A DNA stretch of 64,000 nucleotides. Source: Raja brachyura (lineage: Eukaryota). Below the pieces are notes generated by a model. It saw only the letters and a list, made by a program, of their open reading frames with translations. It was not told where the DNA came from and made no database searches. The translations under genes were made by a program, and so were the position numbers. Shown here piece after piece: positions 48,851 through 62,260 of this stretch. Each line of letters starts with the position of its first letter. The stretch's first letter is position 1. The stretch lies in NCBI GenBank assembly GCA_963514005.1, contig OY740799.1, positions 18,538,001 through 18,602,000 of the forward strand, read 5' to 3'.

Positions 48851-49419
48851 GTGAGTGCGCTCTTCAGGTTCAGTTGTTTCCAACCGGGCTGCTGTGTAAA
48901 TAAACCATTAGTTGCGAGAGGTTGGGTTCAAATATATAATCATAGAAAATGTTCAGCTTTGAAAAAGGAGATTCAGCCTTTCATGGCTTTGAGTTACGCA
49001 GCCCAAGGAGATTTGGGGTCCAAAGTTTAGCACGCAGGTACACTACCTAATTTGGAAGGCTAACAAAGTTTATTGTAAAGGGTATGACATATAGAAGTGG
49101 AGAGGTTTTATGAAATATTTCATGGACCAATGTTTCGTTGTGCGATGATACCTGGATATAAATCAGTGCAATCAAACCCCATTAAAGGACTGTGTTCAAA
49201 GACTTATTGCATTAATCCACGTTCAAAGGCTCCTTGCATTAAATTGCATACTTATTTACTTTCCGATAATATAGAAACATAGAAAATAGGTGCAGGAGGA
49301 GGCCATCAGCCCTTTGAGCCGGCACCGCTTTAAACAAACATTGTGTTGAGACAACTTGGCATCTAACATGCCCAAAACCAGTGACATTTGCCTCTGATGG
49401 AATTCTTCCTCTGCTTTAG

Positions 49420-49613
49420 GGTTGCACACGTCAGCTGGTGACGGTAGATCTGGACCTCACAGATGCTGAATTTATTCAGTTTTACTTCATGTACGGCTGC
49501 CTTATTCCCCCAAACAATCGCGATCAGGGAGTCTTTCTGGATTATTCTGTCAATGGAGGCATCACATGGAACATCTTAATGGAAATCTTTTTCGACCAGT
49601 ACAATAAGCCTAG
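49420..49613 (+). CDS. RELN: Reelin exon 23: [13 protein letters not shown]...[10 protein letters not shown]...DQYNKP
   Basis: ctttag| ... ag|gtgagt; 194 nt, phase 0-2. Confidence 0.95.
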
Positions 49614-50356
49614 GTGAGTATCTCAAGTACTTGTACATATGGACCTCTTTGGGGAGCAGCAGATGTCTCTAAATTAAAAGGTGCATTAACTAACGAGTCA
49701 GTGTGAATGATAAGGGCTGTCAGAACCTGGCAATGGAGCCTTACTTGGCAACAAAGTGGTGTGAGATTTCCTGGACTCATGAGCTTTCCTTATTCTGCTT
49801 CACTCTGAACTTTATTTGAGCCTCTGATTTACAGTCAGAATTATATTATATCAGGAAATCACAATTGACCAATTATTGAGATTCTCTAACGAAGGAACGT
49901 GATGCGATGAAGGGAAAGCAGCAGTTGAGCTATGCTCGGACTTCCAGAAAACATTTGACAAGTTGGTGTGTCAAAGGTTATTGTGGAAAATAAATGCTCC
50001 GTGGCAAGACAAAGGCTGGTTTACAGGAAACAAAGATTAGGGTATAGGTGGATCATTTATTTGTTTGTCTTGGTGTAACAGGTTGTTAGGTTAATTGGCT
50101 ACTATAAATTGCTCTAGTGTGTGTGATGGGTGGGAGTGGTTGATGAGTACATGAGAAACTAGGTTATTGAGAAATAGGTGGGGGAATCACAGCCATGGCA
50201 TTGCTTTGGGAACTGACGTTGAATCAGTGGGTCATATGGTTACCTGTCTAAATCACAATGAGTAATAGGTGATGAGTTGCGTACTACATGGATCAGTGCC
50301 AGGGCCTCAACATTTTTCAATTTATATAAATGACTTGGCTATAGGAGACTTTTAGA

Positions 50357-50655
50357 CTTCAGAGATAGAGCCGGAAACAGGCCCTTTAACCCACTGAATC
50401 TGAGCTGGCCAGCGATCACCCTTACACTAGCACTATCGTACACACTGGAGACAATTTACAATGTTACCAAAGCCAAACAACCTACAAACCTGCACATCTT
50501 TGGAGTGCGAGAGGAAACTGGAGCATCACGAGAAAACCCACGCGGTCACTGGGAGAATCTACAAACTCCATACAGACAGCACCCGCAGTCAGGATCAAAC
50601 CCTGGTCTCTGGCGCTGTAAGGCAGCAACTCTACTGCCGTGCCACTGTACCGCCC
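50357..50655 (-). mobile_element. HE1-like V-SINE, near full length
   Basis: Reverse complement parallels 9336-9639 from tail to head. Confidence 0.72.
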
Positions 50656-51167
50656 TTAATGTCAGCAGGCTTGTAGTTGATGTTTGTCTTTAGCTTATTA
50701 TCAACATCTCCTTCCATGGAAACTGTCAGACCTCCCAAGGTTTTATAGCAGCTTTTTTTATTACTCATTTCCATCACCTGCAGCTTAATTATTTTCATGG
50801 TGTTGAGTCTGTTTCGGACAAAGAACCCACATCAGTTGCTACCGTAATCCAATGATTTGTTGATATTTTGGTTTTATTTCCAACTCTTAGAGCGTTACCA
50901 GTGCCTGAATTGTACCACGTCCTCTGGACTTGTGAGAGTGCTGCTGTTTATATGGTTATCCAGATTTCCATCCATCTTACTTGTTAAGGGAATAACTGGC
51001 CTCTTTGGTTGGCCTTTGGTTGTCTTTGCAGAGATCAAGAGCTAATGAGGAATCTCAGATGGCAGCAGCTGTTGTGAAACAAGTATTTAAAGTGAAAAAA
51101 GGGGAAATCAGCAGCAAGCTTGGAGTGAATAACAATCTAGTTAATCTGCCATAACAATTTGTCACTG

Positions 51168-51450
51168 ATTTAGTTTTATTTTAGTTTATAGATACAGCAT
51201 AAAATAGGCTTTTCAGCCCATGGAGCCCAGGCTGATAACATTAGTTCTCTGTTACCCCACTTTCTCATCCACTCCCTACACACTAGGGGCAATCACGGAG
51301 GCCAATTAATCTATGACCCTGCACGTCTTTGGGATGTGGGAGGAAACCCTGTGGTCACGGGGAATGTACAAAATCCACGCAGACAGCTCCCGAGGTCAGG
51401 ATTGACCCAAGTCTCTGGCACTGTGAGGCACAGTTTTACCTGCTACTGCC
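51168..51450 (-). mobile_element. HE1-like SINE
   Basis: tttagtttt tail; ctttgggatgtgggaggaaacc; gacagctcccgaggtcaggattgaccc. Confidence 0.65.
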
Positions 51451-51967
51451 GAGTTTAATCTGTACTGCCTAGTTTAATCCATTTTATTCATAATTGCTTA
51501 TTCAAATGTATTTTTTTCATTCATGTGATGTGAGCATCACTGATAATGCCAGCATTCATTGTGCATCCTTGAATTAGTTTTGAACTAAGACGTTTGCTTG
51601 CCCATATCAAAGGGCAGTTAAAAGTCAAACACTTTGCTACAGGAAGGGAGTCTTATTCAAATCAGACTGGATAAGTTGAACACATTTCCTTCTCGAAAGC
51701 CCATAAGTGACCCAGTTGGATTTTTACTACAGTCTGCGAGTTTCATGATGAACATTACTGATAATCGCTTTTTAATTCCAGTTTCATGTAACTAATTAAC
51801 TTCGCAACTACACCGGTGAGATTTGAAGCCAAGGTTTTGGATCACTAGTCCAGGTTTACTATTCTAGTTATGTAAACTTAGCAGTATACCAGTATATTTC
51901 ACTGACGTGTTCATTGTATGTTTTTGAAAATAAATAAAGCTAATTCACATTTGTGGTTTATTTGTAG

Positions 51968-52221
51968 CTTTGTAAGTATTCTCCTTCCATATGAGGCGAA
52001 AATAGTTGGCACACGTTTCCGATGGTGGCAACCAACCCATGATGGACGTGACCAGAGTGACTGGGCCATTGACAATGTGTTGATAGCTGGTTCAGCCAGT
52101 GAGAGAACCTTCATGCTGGATACGTTTAGCAGTACCCCTGTCCCACCACATGACCGGAGCCCCGCTGACAGTGGTCCTGTGGGCAGGATCAGCTTTGACC
52201 TGTTTCAGGAAAAATCCACAG
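51968..52221 (+). CDS. RELN: Reelin exon 24: [11 protein letters not shown]...TRFRWWQP...[24 protein letters not shown]
   Basis: ttgtag| ... g|gtaaat; 254 nt, phase 2-1. Confidence 0.95.
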
Positions 52222-53132
52222 GTAAATCATAGCCAATAGTTACTGAGGTTCCTCATAGGAAGGTTTACTGTGTAATTCTTAAACAATGGACTCTGAAAGG
52301 TTTAACTCATACACACTTTATCTGAATGTCACTTTTGTTATCTCTTTTATTGCATTGAATAATGTGTTCAGATGCAAACAGAGACAAAAACACACTGGAT
52401 CTTGCCATAAATACATATTTACCTGTCCCTTGGGACTCTCCAGCTTCAACAATTTATTGTGTTTATACCAAAATAGAGCTACCATCAGTATTACACCTCA
52501 AGGCTAATCTCTGACTCCATTGTACAATTGGGTCAGGTTACAATTCCTCCAAGAAAATTACAAAACTACCTTGTACATCCAGTCTCGAGACCCACGCTCC
52601 AATCTCCCACGCTCCCAGTTGGAGTCTCAGTAGAAAGACTTGTAAACTAGTAGCAATCATGACTTGCACTGCAACTTTCTAAATTTGTCCTGTGATGCAG
52701 AAACTAATTTCTAATTACATTCCTAAGGCACATACTCCTAGCTCACAGACAAATATTCAGTGGAGAAAAAACTTCATCCTCGTTGAGATTAGTGGAATGA
52801 GTTGCCAAAGCAGAGTATTGCCCTCAAGTGCTGTCCTTGTGTGTGTTTAGTGGCACATTGCCATCCCCAACATTTTGAGCATTTAATCTTCACCACTGCA
52901 ATACAATAACACCACACATCCAAATAATGGAACACTTTCCAGGGAAAATTAAAATCTACTAATCAGTTGTCAAGAAATGTTAAGTCAAGTAAAACTAGAA
53001 CTTATCCAAGAAGTTAACAAGAATTTGTTGCCGGGAAAATCTCCAGTTGGTTTTAGTTGTATGCAATTGATAATGATTCTCTAAAACAAGTTTTTAACTC
53101 TAAACTGCTGGAAATTGTGAACTTGTTGGCAG

Positions 53133-53296
53133 CTTACAAACCAAACAAGTACTGGATGTTCCATGATGAGTGTTCTGTGGAGAGATTCTGTGATTCGCCT
53201 GATGGAGTGATGCTGTGTGGCAGCCATGATGGGCGGGAAGTCGATGCAACGACCCACGACCTCACACCAAGCGAGGACTGGATCGTGCAATTTAAG
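53133..53296 (+). CDS. RELN: Reelin exon 25: [24 protein letters not shown]...WIVQFK
   Basis: tggcag| ... aag|gtgaaa; 164 nt, phase 1-0. The acceptor was chosen as the phase-compatible AG nearest the conserved sequence. Confidence 0.88.
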
Positions 53297-54514
53297 GTGA
53301 AACTTCTCATCATCTTGCAAAGTAAAACTGAATTGGCATTTGATATTCTGCTGTATACCTTGATGGAAAATGCTGGTTGGTAATAGGATTACACAGGCAA
53401 GGTTAGATATACAAATGTCTATAGCTGTAAAGGTTTGCTCCAGGCTAATTCTGCAGTGCAGTGTAGGTACTGCATTTTGTCCAAGGATAGTCTGTCATAA
53501 AAAAAAGTTAAAACAAAGAAAGTCAGTGCCTAACAGAGAGAGTCAGATGAGCATTTTAATCATCACCTGACAGTCTTGAGACTGATGTTAATGTGGATTT
53601 CTCAACAGAGGCTGACTGGTTTGTGAAATATTGCCAGCACTGTTTATGCAGGTTTCTGAATTCCTGCTTTTATTTTGTCCCCTTTTCACTTTCCTTTATT
53701 CAGAATCAGCTTAAGTCATTTGAAATGAATGTTAACAGTCTGAGCATCTTGATGTCCACTCAAAGTAATGCTCATTTTACTTGTGAAACAACACATTGAA
53801 CTGTTTGGAATTTTCTGAAGAGTAGCAACTGTTTGTCATAAAGAAATCTTGGCTACTCCTTTTGCCCACAGGAAGCCTGACAAACAATGATGTGATTGTG
53901 ACTGGGTAACCTGTTCCTGGTGCTATTATTGAGAATGCACAATGGTGAAGGCACCAGGGGAAACTCGTTGAAATAGTGCCATAAGTTTTATGCTTTTTTA
54001 CAAAGGGGATGTAAGCAGTGCCAGCGAGGTCAGCATTTAATGCCCATCCTTAATGCTCTTGAGAAAGTCCTTCTTGTCAAAGATGCAGTTTATTTCCAAG
54101 TACTGTGTGTGTGGGAGGGGAAGTTGCAGGTATGGTCTTGTCATGTCATGCCCATTACCTTTTGGAAATAAAGATCTTGCTGGTTTGGGAGTAACATTAT
54201 TCCCTGGAATTTTGTGAGAGGACGTTGCAAAATAGACTGAGCTGCAACATTAATACGTGATTCTCATTTCAATGGACGATTCAGTCAAACATACCCAAAA
54301 AGTGGCATGTAGGATTGCTTAGGTGAGGCAAGCAGATTTCCTCCCTGAAGGATATTAGGTGCTTAAGACAATTACCGATTCTGAATTCAGTGAGATTAAC
54401 TGAATTAAATGTTCCCTGGCGGGTTTTGAATTTACATCTCCAAATCAATGCTCCAGATTTGACATTACCATCTATATTTTAACCAGCACACCAGTGTTCC
54501 AAATGAGAGATGAG

Positions 54515-54600
54515 ACAAGGCCCCAGTTTAATGTCTCACTGCATTGATCAGAACCAGTGAGGAAACACACCCTCAGTAGTGCAGTGGGTATTAGCCCTTT
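54515..54600 (-). mobile_element. Possible Deu-domain (DeuSINE/SacSINE-like) remnant
   Basis: Minus strand ggctaatacccactgcactactgaggg...gtgagacattaaactggggcc resembles the Deu-domain consensus as I recall it. Confidence 0.35.
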
Positions 54601-55037
54601 GTGTAAATATATCTCACAGATTTAGTATGCTTACTAAAAGTACTGCACTTTGCACTTTGTCAGAAATCCTTGATGCTTCACTGATGTATTCTTCAAGGAA
54701 CCACAGATGCCAGAAATCTGAAATAAAAATCGAAAATGCTGGAAATACACTGCAGGCAGGAAGCATCTGTGGAAAAGTCAGTGTGGCTGCAATGTCTCCC
54801 ACATCAGAAATGTTAAATATATTTCTCATTTTGCTGATGCTACTCAACCTGAGTGTTTTCAGTAGTTTTTCTTTTTGTGCAGCTCATGTTTCCCTGCAGA
54901 TGAAGGGTTATAAATATCCAGCAACGATTTTCACCTGACCAAAGTCTGATAATTTATTTGCAAACTAAATGGTACATAATTTTTAATGACAGTAAAGAAA
55001 AATACTGGTTTAAGAAATATTTTTGTTTTCGTTTCAG

Positions 55038-55252
55038 ATTTCAGTGGGCTGCAAGACTACAGAAAAAGTAATTCAGAATCAGGTCCATGTTCAGTATTCG
55101 ACTGACTTTGGAGTGAACTGGCGATACCTGATGCCACAGTGCCTCCTCGCGGACCCAAAATGTTCTGGTGATATCACTCAGCCCTCTGTGTTCTTCCCTG
55201 CCAAGGAATGGAAAAGAGCCATCTACCCGCTGCCTGACAATCTGGTGGGCAA
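55038..55252 (+). CDS. RELN: Reelin exon 26: ISVGCK...[11 protein letters not shown]...[14 protein letters not shown]
   Basis: tttcag| ... aa|gtgagt; 215 nt, phase 0-2. Confidence 0.95.
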
Positions 55253-55589
55253 GTGAGTAAGCGGAGCTATGCAGTGAGGAGTGTGCTGCATTGATTTGTT
55301 CCCTAGAGATCCACACCCAACCTTCCAAGCTCCTCATCATAGAGAAAATAAACCCTGCCCAATGCTGACATCAGACAAGATCTAGTGATGCAATATTTTC
55401 CATCTCCCATTAGATTGAATTGGTAATAAACTGATGAATTAACAGGTTGCCTAACCATGCTCCCATTCCTCACCCTTTCTCTGTCTCCATCTCAGAAACT
55501 GGAACTGATGACTGGAAAAACCTCAGAGATACAACAACTTTCTACCAACCCTCCATTTGCTTTCATATTCTCTCCGCACTGTCACACCT

Positions 55590-55790
55590 CATTCTTTTCT
55601 ACCTCCTCTCCCCTCCGCACCCCCCCTCCGTTCTCCCTTCCTTTCTCCTTCACTCATCCTCTTCCTCTCAACCACCATCCCCCACCACGCCATCCACCCC
55701 CAGCACCCCCTTCTCCCATCCTCCCTCTCCCCCTCACGTTCACTCTTCCCCCTGCTTCTCATCCCTTCCACTGTCTCTCAGCTCCTCTTG
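55590..55790 (+). repeat. C/T-rich polypyrimidine low-complexity tract
   Basis: Nearly purine-free cct/ccc-rich run. Confidence 0.75.
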
Positions 55791-56032
55791 TCACTTGTCA
55801 ACAACTAGACTAAAGCCACATGAAGAGCTTTGTACACCACAAAAGCAAAAGTTGCTAGATTTACTCAGTAGGTATGGCAGCATCTTTCAGTGAGGAATAG
55901 AGTTGCAGGTTGATGAATTTTCTCTGAACTGCCAGACCCGCGGATCTTTTCCCACATAATCCAAATTTAAAACAACGACTTTATTTTACTTTATGGCAGA
56001 ATGTATGTTTTGTTAAAAAATAGAGACGGATA

Positions 56033-56048
56033 TGTGTGTGTGTGTGTG
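56033..56048 (+). repeat. (TG)8 microsatellite
   Basis: tgtgtgtgtgtgtgtg. Confidence 0.85.
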
Positions 56049-56319
56049 CTCTGCTCTAGTTGATGACTGCTGCTGACCTTGACTCTAGCAACTTATACAC
56101 GGGTAGGCTTTGGCCCTCGGCTTGAGTGAATGCCAACGCAGGGCTGGAGGAGAGTAAACCGTGTGTTTGAAACCGAAACCCATAATGTAAATTAGAAAAG
56201 GAAATGTTTAATAGGAACAATCTTTGATATGGTTCATGAGTCATTATTGAGGATACGTTGAAGACTCATTAATGACATACTAGTCCAGAGGGCAATGGTG
56301 AACAGAATCCTATGACATT

Positions 56320-57200
56320 AGACACAGGGAACTGCAGATGCTAGAATCTTAAGTAGAACACAAAGTGCTGGAGTACCTCTGCAGGTCAGGCAGGATGTCC
56401 GGAGGGTATGGATGTGATGTTTCTGGTCAGGACCCTTATTCAGTCTGATCGATGTGGAGGAGAGAAAACTGGACAAGAGTTGGAGGCAGGACAAAGCCCG
56501 GCGAGTGGTAGCGGAATACAGATGAGGCGGGGATTGAGTGATTGATAGATGGACAAAGGCTGTATTTGAAAATGAGATGAAAGGGGACCAAAGGAGATAC
56601 AAGGGTGTATGTAAGGAAAGAGGAGGAGTGAAATGTGAAGCCTGAGTGGGGGAGAAAGGAGTGGGGAGAGGATGAAATAGTGGGTGAATAGGAGTGCGCC
56701 AGGTTTAGGAAAGAGAGGAGGGGAGAAGAAGAGAGACAAGCAAATGGGTGGGGCATTACCAAAAGTTGGAGAATTCAATGTTCATGCCATTAGGTTGTGG
56801 AATATGAGGTGCAATTCCTCCATTTGCATGTGGGCTCACACTGGCAATGAAGGTGGCTCAGGACAGAAATATTTAGATGGGAATGGGAGGGGAAGGGTTA
56901 ACAACCGGGAGATCTAGAAGGCCTTGATTAACGAGTGCATGTGGTTGATGAATCGGTCGCCCACTCCACACTTGGTCTCACAGATGTAAAGGAGGCTACA
57001 TTGGGAACACTGAATGCAGTAGATGAGGTTAGAGGAGGTACGTGTGAACCTCTGTCTCACATGGAAGGGCTGATAGGGCCGCGGGATGAATGTAAGGGTG
57101 GACGTGTTACATCTGCAGGATTTTACAGAGAGAGTGGTCTCTACAGAAAGGATGGGTCAGGAAGATATGTAGTGTGGTGGCATCCTGTGGAATGCCTGTA
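56320..57200 (-). mobile_element. Old Penelope-like 3' fragment with degenerate GIY-YIG region
   Basis: Terminus gggaactgcagatgct...gacccttattcagtct; aattcaatgttcatgcc and cttggtctcac...gcagtagatgaggttagaggag parallel 1800-2100. Confidence 0.65.
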
Positions 57201-57565
57201 GCATTAATTGGAATTTGCTCAAGCAAATTAACATTCTTTTGTAGCAGTGAAGCAGACTCCCTATTACTCAGTGCATGAAAATCAGAAAAAAATGCAGATG
57301 CTGGAAACTGAAAATAAAAGCACAATATGCTGGAACCGACAGACAAACGACTTTAAATTTACCTTTACCTTTAAATTTCACCATCACTTTCAGCTGAATA
57401 AGTGCTCTGTGTGATAAAGAGAAAATAATCAATTTGACTGGAGAAATTAGGTCCTTTATTCAAATGTTTCAACAAAGGACCTGTTTAGTTATATTTGCAT
57501 TTGGTTTATTGAGAGATATCACTTTGTCATTCTGCAGAAAGTAAAACTAACATGTTTTATTCCAG

Positions 57566-57743
57566 CCCAGTGAGATTCCGCTTCTATCAGAAGTATTCTG
57601 ATCTTCAGTGGGCCATAGACAATTTCTACGTGGGACCTTCCTGCCCAAACAATTGTGGAGGACATGGAGACTGCCTGCACAAACAGTGCTACTGTGATCC
57701 TGGCTTCACTGGGTCAAATTGCTATTTGAGTCACCCTCTAAAG
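57566..57743 (+). CDS. RELN: Reelin exon 27: PVRFRFYQ...WAIDNF...[19 protein letters not shown]...HPLK (EGF of repeat 7)
   Basis: ttccag| ... aag|gtaaag; 178 nt, phase 2-0. Confidence 0.95.
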
Positions 57744-58534
57744 GTAAAGTTAGATTAGATGAGGTTTCTTATCATCTTGGGTTCTTGGAATAATGAAACT
57801 ATGCAGATTTCACATGGTTCTTGAGTCCAGACTTGTGATATACTGGGTCAAGAGCAACAGCGTGGACCAGAACCTTAATTTCACTTTCTGTGTTCCATTA
57901 ATACTGAACGGTTGAATCATACTTTTGATGCACAATACGTTATAAATATAAAACTCTATTTATTCTTGCTAAAAACTCAAATTGAACAATTATTCTCTTT
58001 TGATTGATGGTCAGGTCTGTTTTCACATTATGCAGGTGGCGAAAATAACTGTGGCTCTCTGAGGTGTTAATACTTAAGCACAATGTAATGAAAAATATGT
58101 CCATTGCCTTCTTAAAATATTGCCTAAATACCTCATAGATAAAGGTTTTATTCCAGGGATTCACCCCTTATTTAGTGGCGCAGAGAAGATTTACAAGGAT
58201 GATCATGAGTATGGAAGGCCCATCCTACAGTGCAGGTTTGGGCTCCACACATAAGAGTTAGAAGAATAAGCACCAATCTTATTGAAATATGTACGGGTCT
58301 TAGTGGATTAGAAGCATACCTGCTGGTGGGATGTTGCCCCTCATGGGAGAGTTCAGGGCCAAAGGGCAGCGCCTCCAAATAATTGAATGCCTATTTAATT
58401 TTCAAATGATGAGAAATAACTTCTGGGAACATTTAAGCCTTAAAGGGATCATTGGTTATTTGGGAAAACAGTAGTTCTGGGGAAAGGACAGAAAATTGGA
58501 CAAGAACATTTGAATTTGAGACTGAATAGCCTGT

Positions 58535-58885
58535 TAGAACAGTAGAGCACAGGGACAGCCCCTACAGGCCACAATGCCTGCTGAATATGATACCATGTTA
58601 AACTAATCTCCTTTGCCTGCATGTGATCCATATCCACTCTTCCCTGCATATCCATGTGTTTATCGTACAGACTTAAATACCACTATCGTATCAGCCTCTA
58701 ATACTACCCCTAACAGTGCAGTCCGGGCACCCACCACTCTCTGCATAAAAAACACTTGCCCCATACGTTTCCTTTACCTCCCACCCTAATGCCCTGTCCT
58801 CCAGGCTTTGACAGCTCCGCCCTGGGGAAAAAGATTCTGACTATCTACTCTATCTATGACTCTCAGAATTTGATATACTTCTCTC
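58535..58885 (-). mobile_element. CR1/HER1-like LINE 3' fragment
   Basis: Similar to 685-1005 and 24880-25290. Confidence 0.55.
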
Positions 58886-59743
58886 TTTTGTTCCAACGTC
58901 TAATAATGTAGTATCAACATGTACAAACCAGATGATTTTAACTTTAATTTCTTATTTCAGCTGAGTTAGCTGACCTTGGGCAAATCAACCTTTGAGGTAA
59001 AAAGGTATTTGTAGTCCTTGGGCTAGTCTTTCATATCCAATCACTACTACAGTAACCTCACTTGGAAAGTGTTGGGCATTGGTTGGGATTGGGATTATGC
59101 CAGCTGTCATAAAGGGCAGAGACAAGCTTACACAGAGCAAATGCCAAGGTACTGAGTTGTATTCAATACACACCATGAGTAAGCATGGAGAAGGAAAAAA
59201 AAACACAATGTCCTTTTGCAGTGGATGTTTGCTAAGAAAAAGACTTGCATTTCTACTGAAACGTTCGTGTCTACTTCAGGGCGACCCACAACAAAATTCC
59301 CCTTAAGATGACTGCTGTTGTGAAACAGGAAGGAATTTTTCCTAATTAATATTTATATTTAATATTAGTTACTGCGGCCCACTCAGTTCCACGGACCATT
59401 AAGCACATTTAATGAACTTCTTTCAAGTTTAATTTTATGTCAAAATTAGTCCGTCTGTAACATGTGATGTAACATTAGACTCAATTTTTGATGGCAGCAA
59501 TTGGGGAATGAGGGATGAACTTGGCGTTCCAGTATTCTCTAATGTGAGTCTAGGGAATTTGTCCTTTTTTCACAGCATGTCACCTCTCATCACATGATAG
59601 TTTTTTGGAAACTGGAGGCTAGAGAAAAGGGATAAGGAGGAGATTTCAAAACAGCTTAACCTTTTTGACGTTGGCTCCAGATGAAAATAGGAATGCTGCC
59701 TTGGCTTTTCTGATCTAGTAAATGGCAATGTTATGTGTTGCAG

Positions 59744-59919
59744 ACTTCATTGAAAGAACGCTTTGAGCTTGATGACATGAAATCAGATACATGGATTTCT
59801 CTGGATGGTGGAAAGGCTTGCACAGACTGCGGTGTTCTGGTGGAAGATTTGCCCCTCTATTTCAGTGGAGTAGGCATGAGACAGGCAATAACCAAGGACC
59901 TTGATCTCAGGGGTACAAA
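59744..59919 (+). CDS. RELN: Reelin exon 28: TSLKERFE...CTDCG...QAITKDLDLRGT
   Basis: ttgcag| ... aa|gtgagt; 176 nt, phase 0-2. Confidence 0.95.
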
Positions 59920-61814
59920 GTGAGTTTGACACCATTGTTTTTATGTAAAGCTCTGTTTCATAAAAGATCAATCAAATATGTATTAAAATGTTTAAAACGT
60001 TGTGAAAGTAGGTGCAGGAGTAGGCCATTTATCCCCCATATGCCTTGATTCCGTTAGCCCTAAGAACTCAATCTGATCATCACCTACTCTTGTCAAATTG
60101 TTGCTGATTTTGGTACTTTGCTGAAAATCTGGTTGCAGGAGTTCACAAAATATTGGGCGTGATGAAAGGAGAAATGTTAGCTTGCTGCAGAGACAGTTCT
60201 AGTCTGATAGTGATGAGGCATCTTGTTTGGCAAATTCCAGGGAACATCATGCCTATTTGAACTATTGCTGACAATTACTGATTTGCCTACCCAAATTTTG
60301 GAGATTATTATTAGGGCTGGAAAATGGAGCAGATTATAAATCTACAATGAGGAAATAAACCACACCATCCATTTTGATTGTGCAATATGTTATCTGTTTG
60401 TTTTGAAAAAGACGAGCATTTGTACAGAAACTTTCAGTATTTCTCAGGAGTTGCAAAGACATACCCTTTGTGTGGCTGCTAAACTGTGGTTTGTAATACG
60501 TTTATTTACATTCAAGTGAAAGTAAGTAAAAAAAACTACTGTTTGAGGTCATAGGTCCACTGCACAGGAACAGGCCTTTTGGCCCACCTTGCCCATGGTG
60601 ACCATTGACAACCTAACTAGCTCGTTCCATTTGTCAGCACTCGGTCCTTAGCCTGGCTGTGTCTGAAATAGAAAATATTCCAAAATGCCATGGCTAACAT
60701 CCTTTACCAGATGAGAACAAAATAAATCCTAAACCATTTAAGAGAAAGAAATAATAAAAAATATCTGAGACAAGAGGATGAAGTCCATAATTCTCCACTG
60801 AAGAGAAAAAATAAAACATGTGAACTGCCTGCTTCTATGCTTCCATTCCCTGACAACTTCCCATGCAACTGGAGGAGATTCAACACCTGCTCTTAAGGCA
60901 GATAGATAGATAGATTCTTAATTAGTATGGGTGGCAGAGGTTATGGAGAGAAGGCAGGAGAATGGGGTTACGAGAGAAAGATCAGTCATGATTGAATGGC
61001 GGAGCAGACTTGAGGGGCCGAATGGCCTAATTCTGCTCCTATCACTTATGACCTTATGACTTCTTGGATCTCCTCCCTTCCCAGCATCCAAGAGACCCAA
61101 ACAGTCATTTGCATCAAAGAAGAAATTCACTTGCAATTAGAGTCCAGAGCCATACAGCATGGAAACCTCAGCTTGTGACTCTCTAGTAGACGTAAATATA
61201 CTCCGGCTCTCGGGGAAGTGTCTCCGAAGCACCGACTTTCTGTACATTATACATTACCCACCTTTGACTCATATCCATGTGGACCAAGTTGGCATTCTGG
61301 GATAGTCACATTTGCTTGCATTTGGGCCATGTCCCTCTCAACCCTTAGATAGTCACAGAAATCCCTCTACTCTTCCCCAGGACCCAAGGAATGGTTGCTG
61401 ATGCAAAATGTGGATGAGTTTCTCTTTCCACAGATGCTGCTTGACTGGCTGAGTTCTTCCAGCATTTCTGTTTTTGTTTCAGATTCCAGCACCTGCAACT
61501 TTGTTTTCCATTTGTTGTACACATTTAATTAAGTTTAATTTAATTTAGTTTAACAACCCAGAATCATCAAAACTCTCTCCAAAAAAAAAAAATCACTTGC
61601 ACAAGATCTTCTAGCAGGTTCTGATAGGAGGCAGCTGTCACGCAGGTTGCATAAGGACCATGATGTGAATATGAAGCAGAGGTTGAAGAAGCTGCTACCT
61701 GATCAGAACTCTTGAAATTCCAGCCTTCATTCCTGCCGAGCAACTTGATCAGCAGGAAACAATGTTGTTTCTGGGGAAGAGACTTTGGTGGAAAATCAGG
61801 GAAGGGAATCTATA

Positions 61815-62260
61815 AGACCACCTCAGCCTCCTGCACCCCATGGAATAAAGTCCTACTCTGCCCATCCTCTCCCTAAAGCTCAGGCCCACAATCCTTTAGA
61901 TCCTTTTTATAACTAAACTGAACACAATACTCCAAATATGGGCTCACCAACATCTTGTACAACTGTAACATAAGATCCCAACTTCTATACTCAATACCCT
62001 GACTGATGAAGGACAATATACCAAAACCCTTTTTGACCACCCTATCTAATGTGAAGCCACTTTCAAAGAACTATGCACCTGTATTCCTAGGCACTCTACA
62101 ACACTTGCCAGAGCCCTGGCATTCCCTGTGAACGTCCTGCCCTTGTTTAGCTTCCCAAAATGCAACACTTCACACTTATCTGCATTAAACTCTATTAACC
62201 ATTCCTCCGCTCACTTGCCCAACTGTAAACGTGCTGTAATTTTTGATAACCATCTTCGCT
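61815..62260 (-). mobile_element. CR1-clade LINE fragment
   Basis: aactgaacacaatactcca (reverse of EYCVQF) and tgcaacacttcacacttatctgcattaaactc (reverse of EFNADKCEVLH). Confidence 0.6.

Noticed and set aside
55447-55893. 148-aa Ser/Pro-rich ORF and overlapping ORFs
   Set aside because: They come from a polypyrimidine tract that lacks stop codons by composition.
167-59923. Short ORF-track entries overlapping exons (e.g. 7242..7541, 34303..34614, 40606..40950) as standalone genes
   Set aside because: They are RELN exons read through into intron sequence; their starts and stops are intronic.
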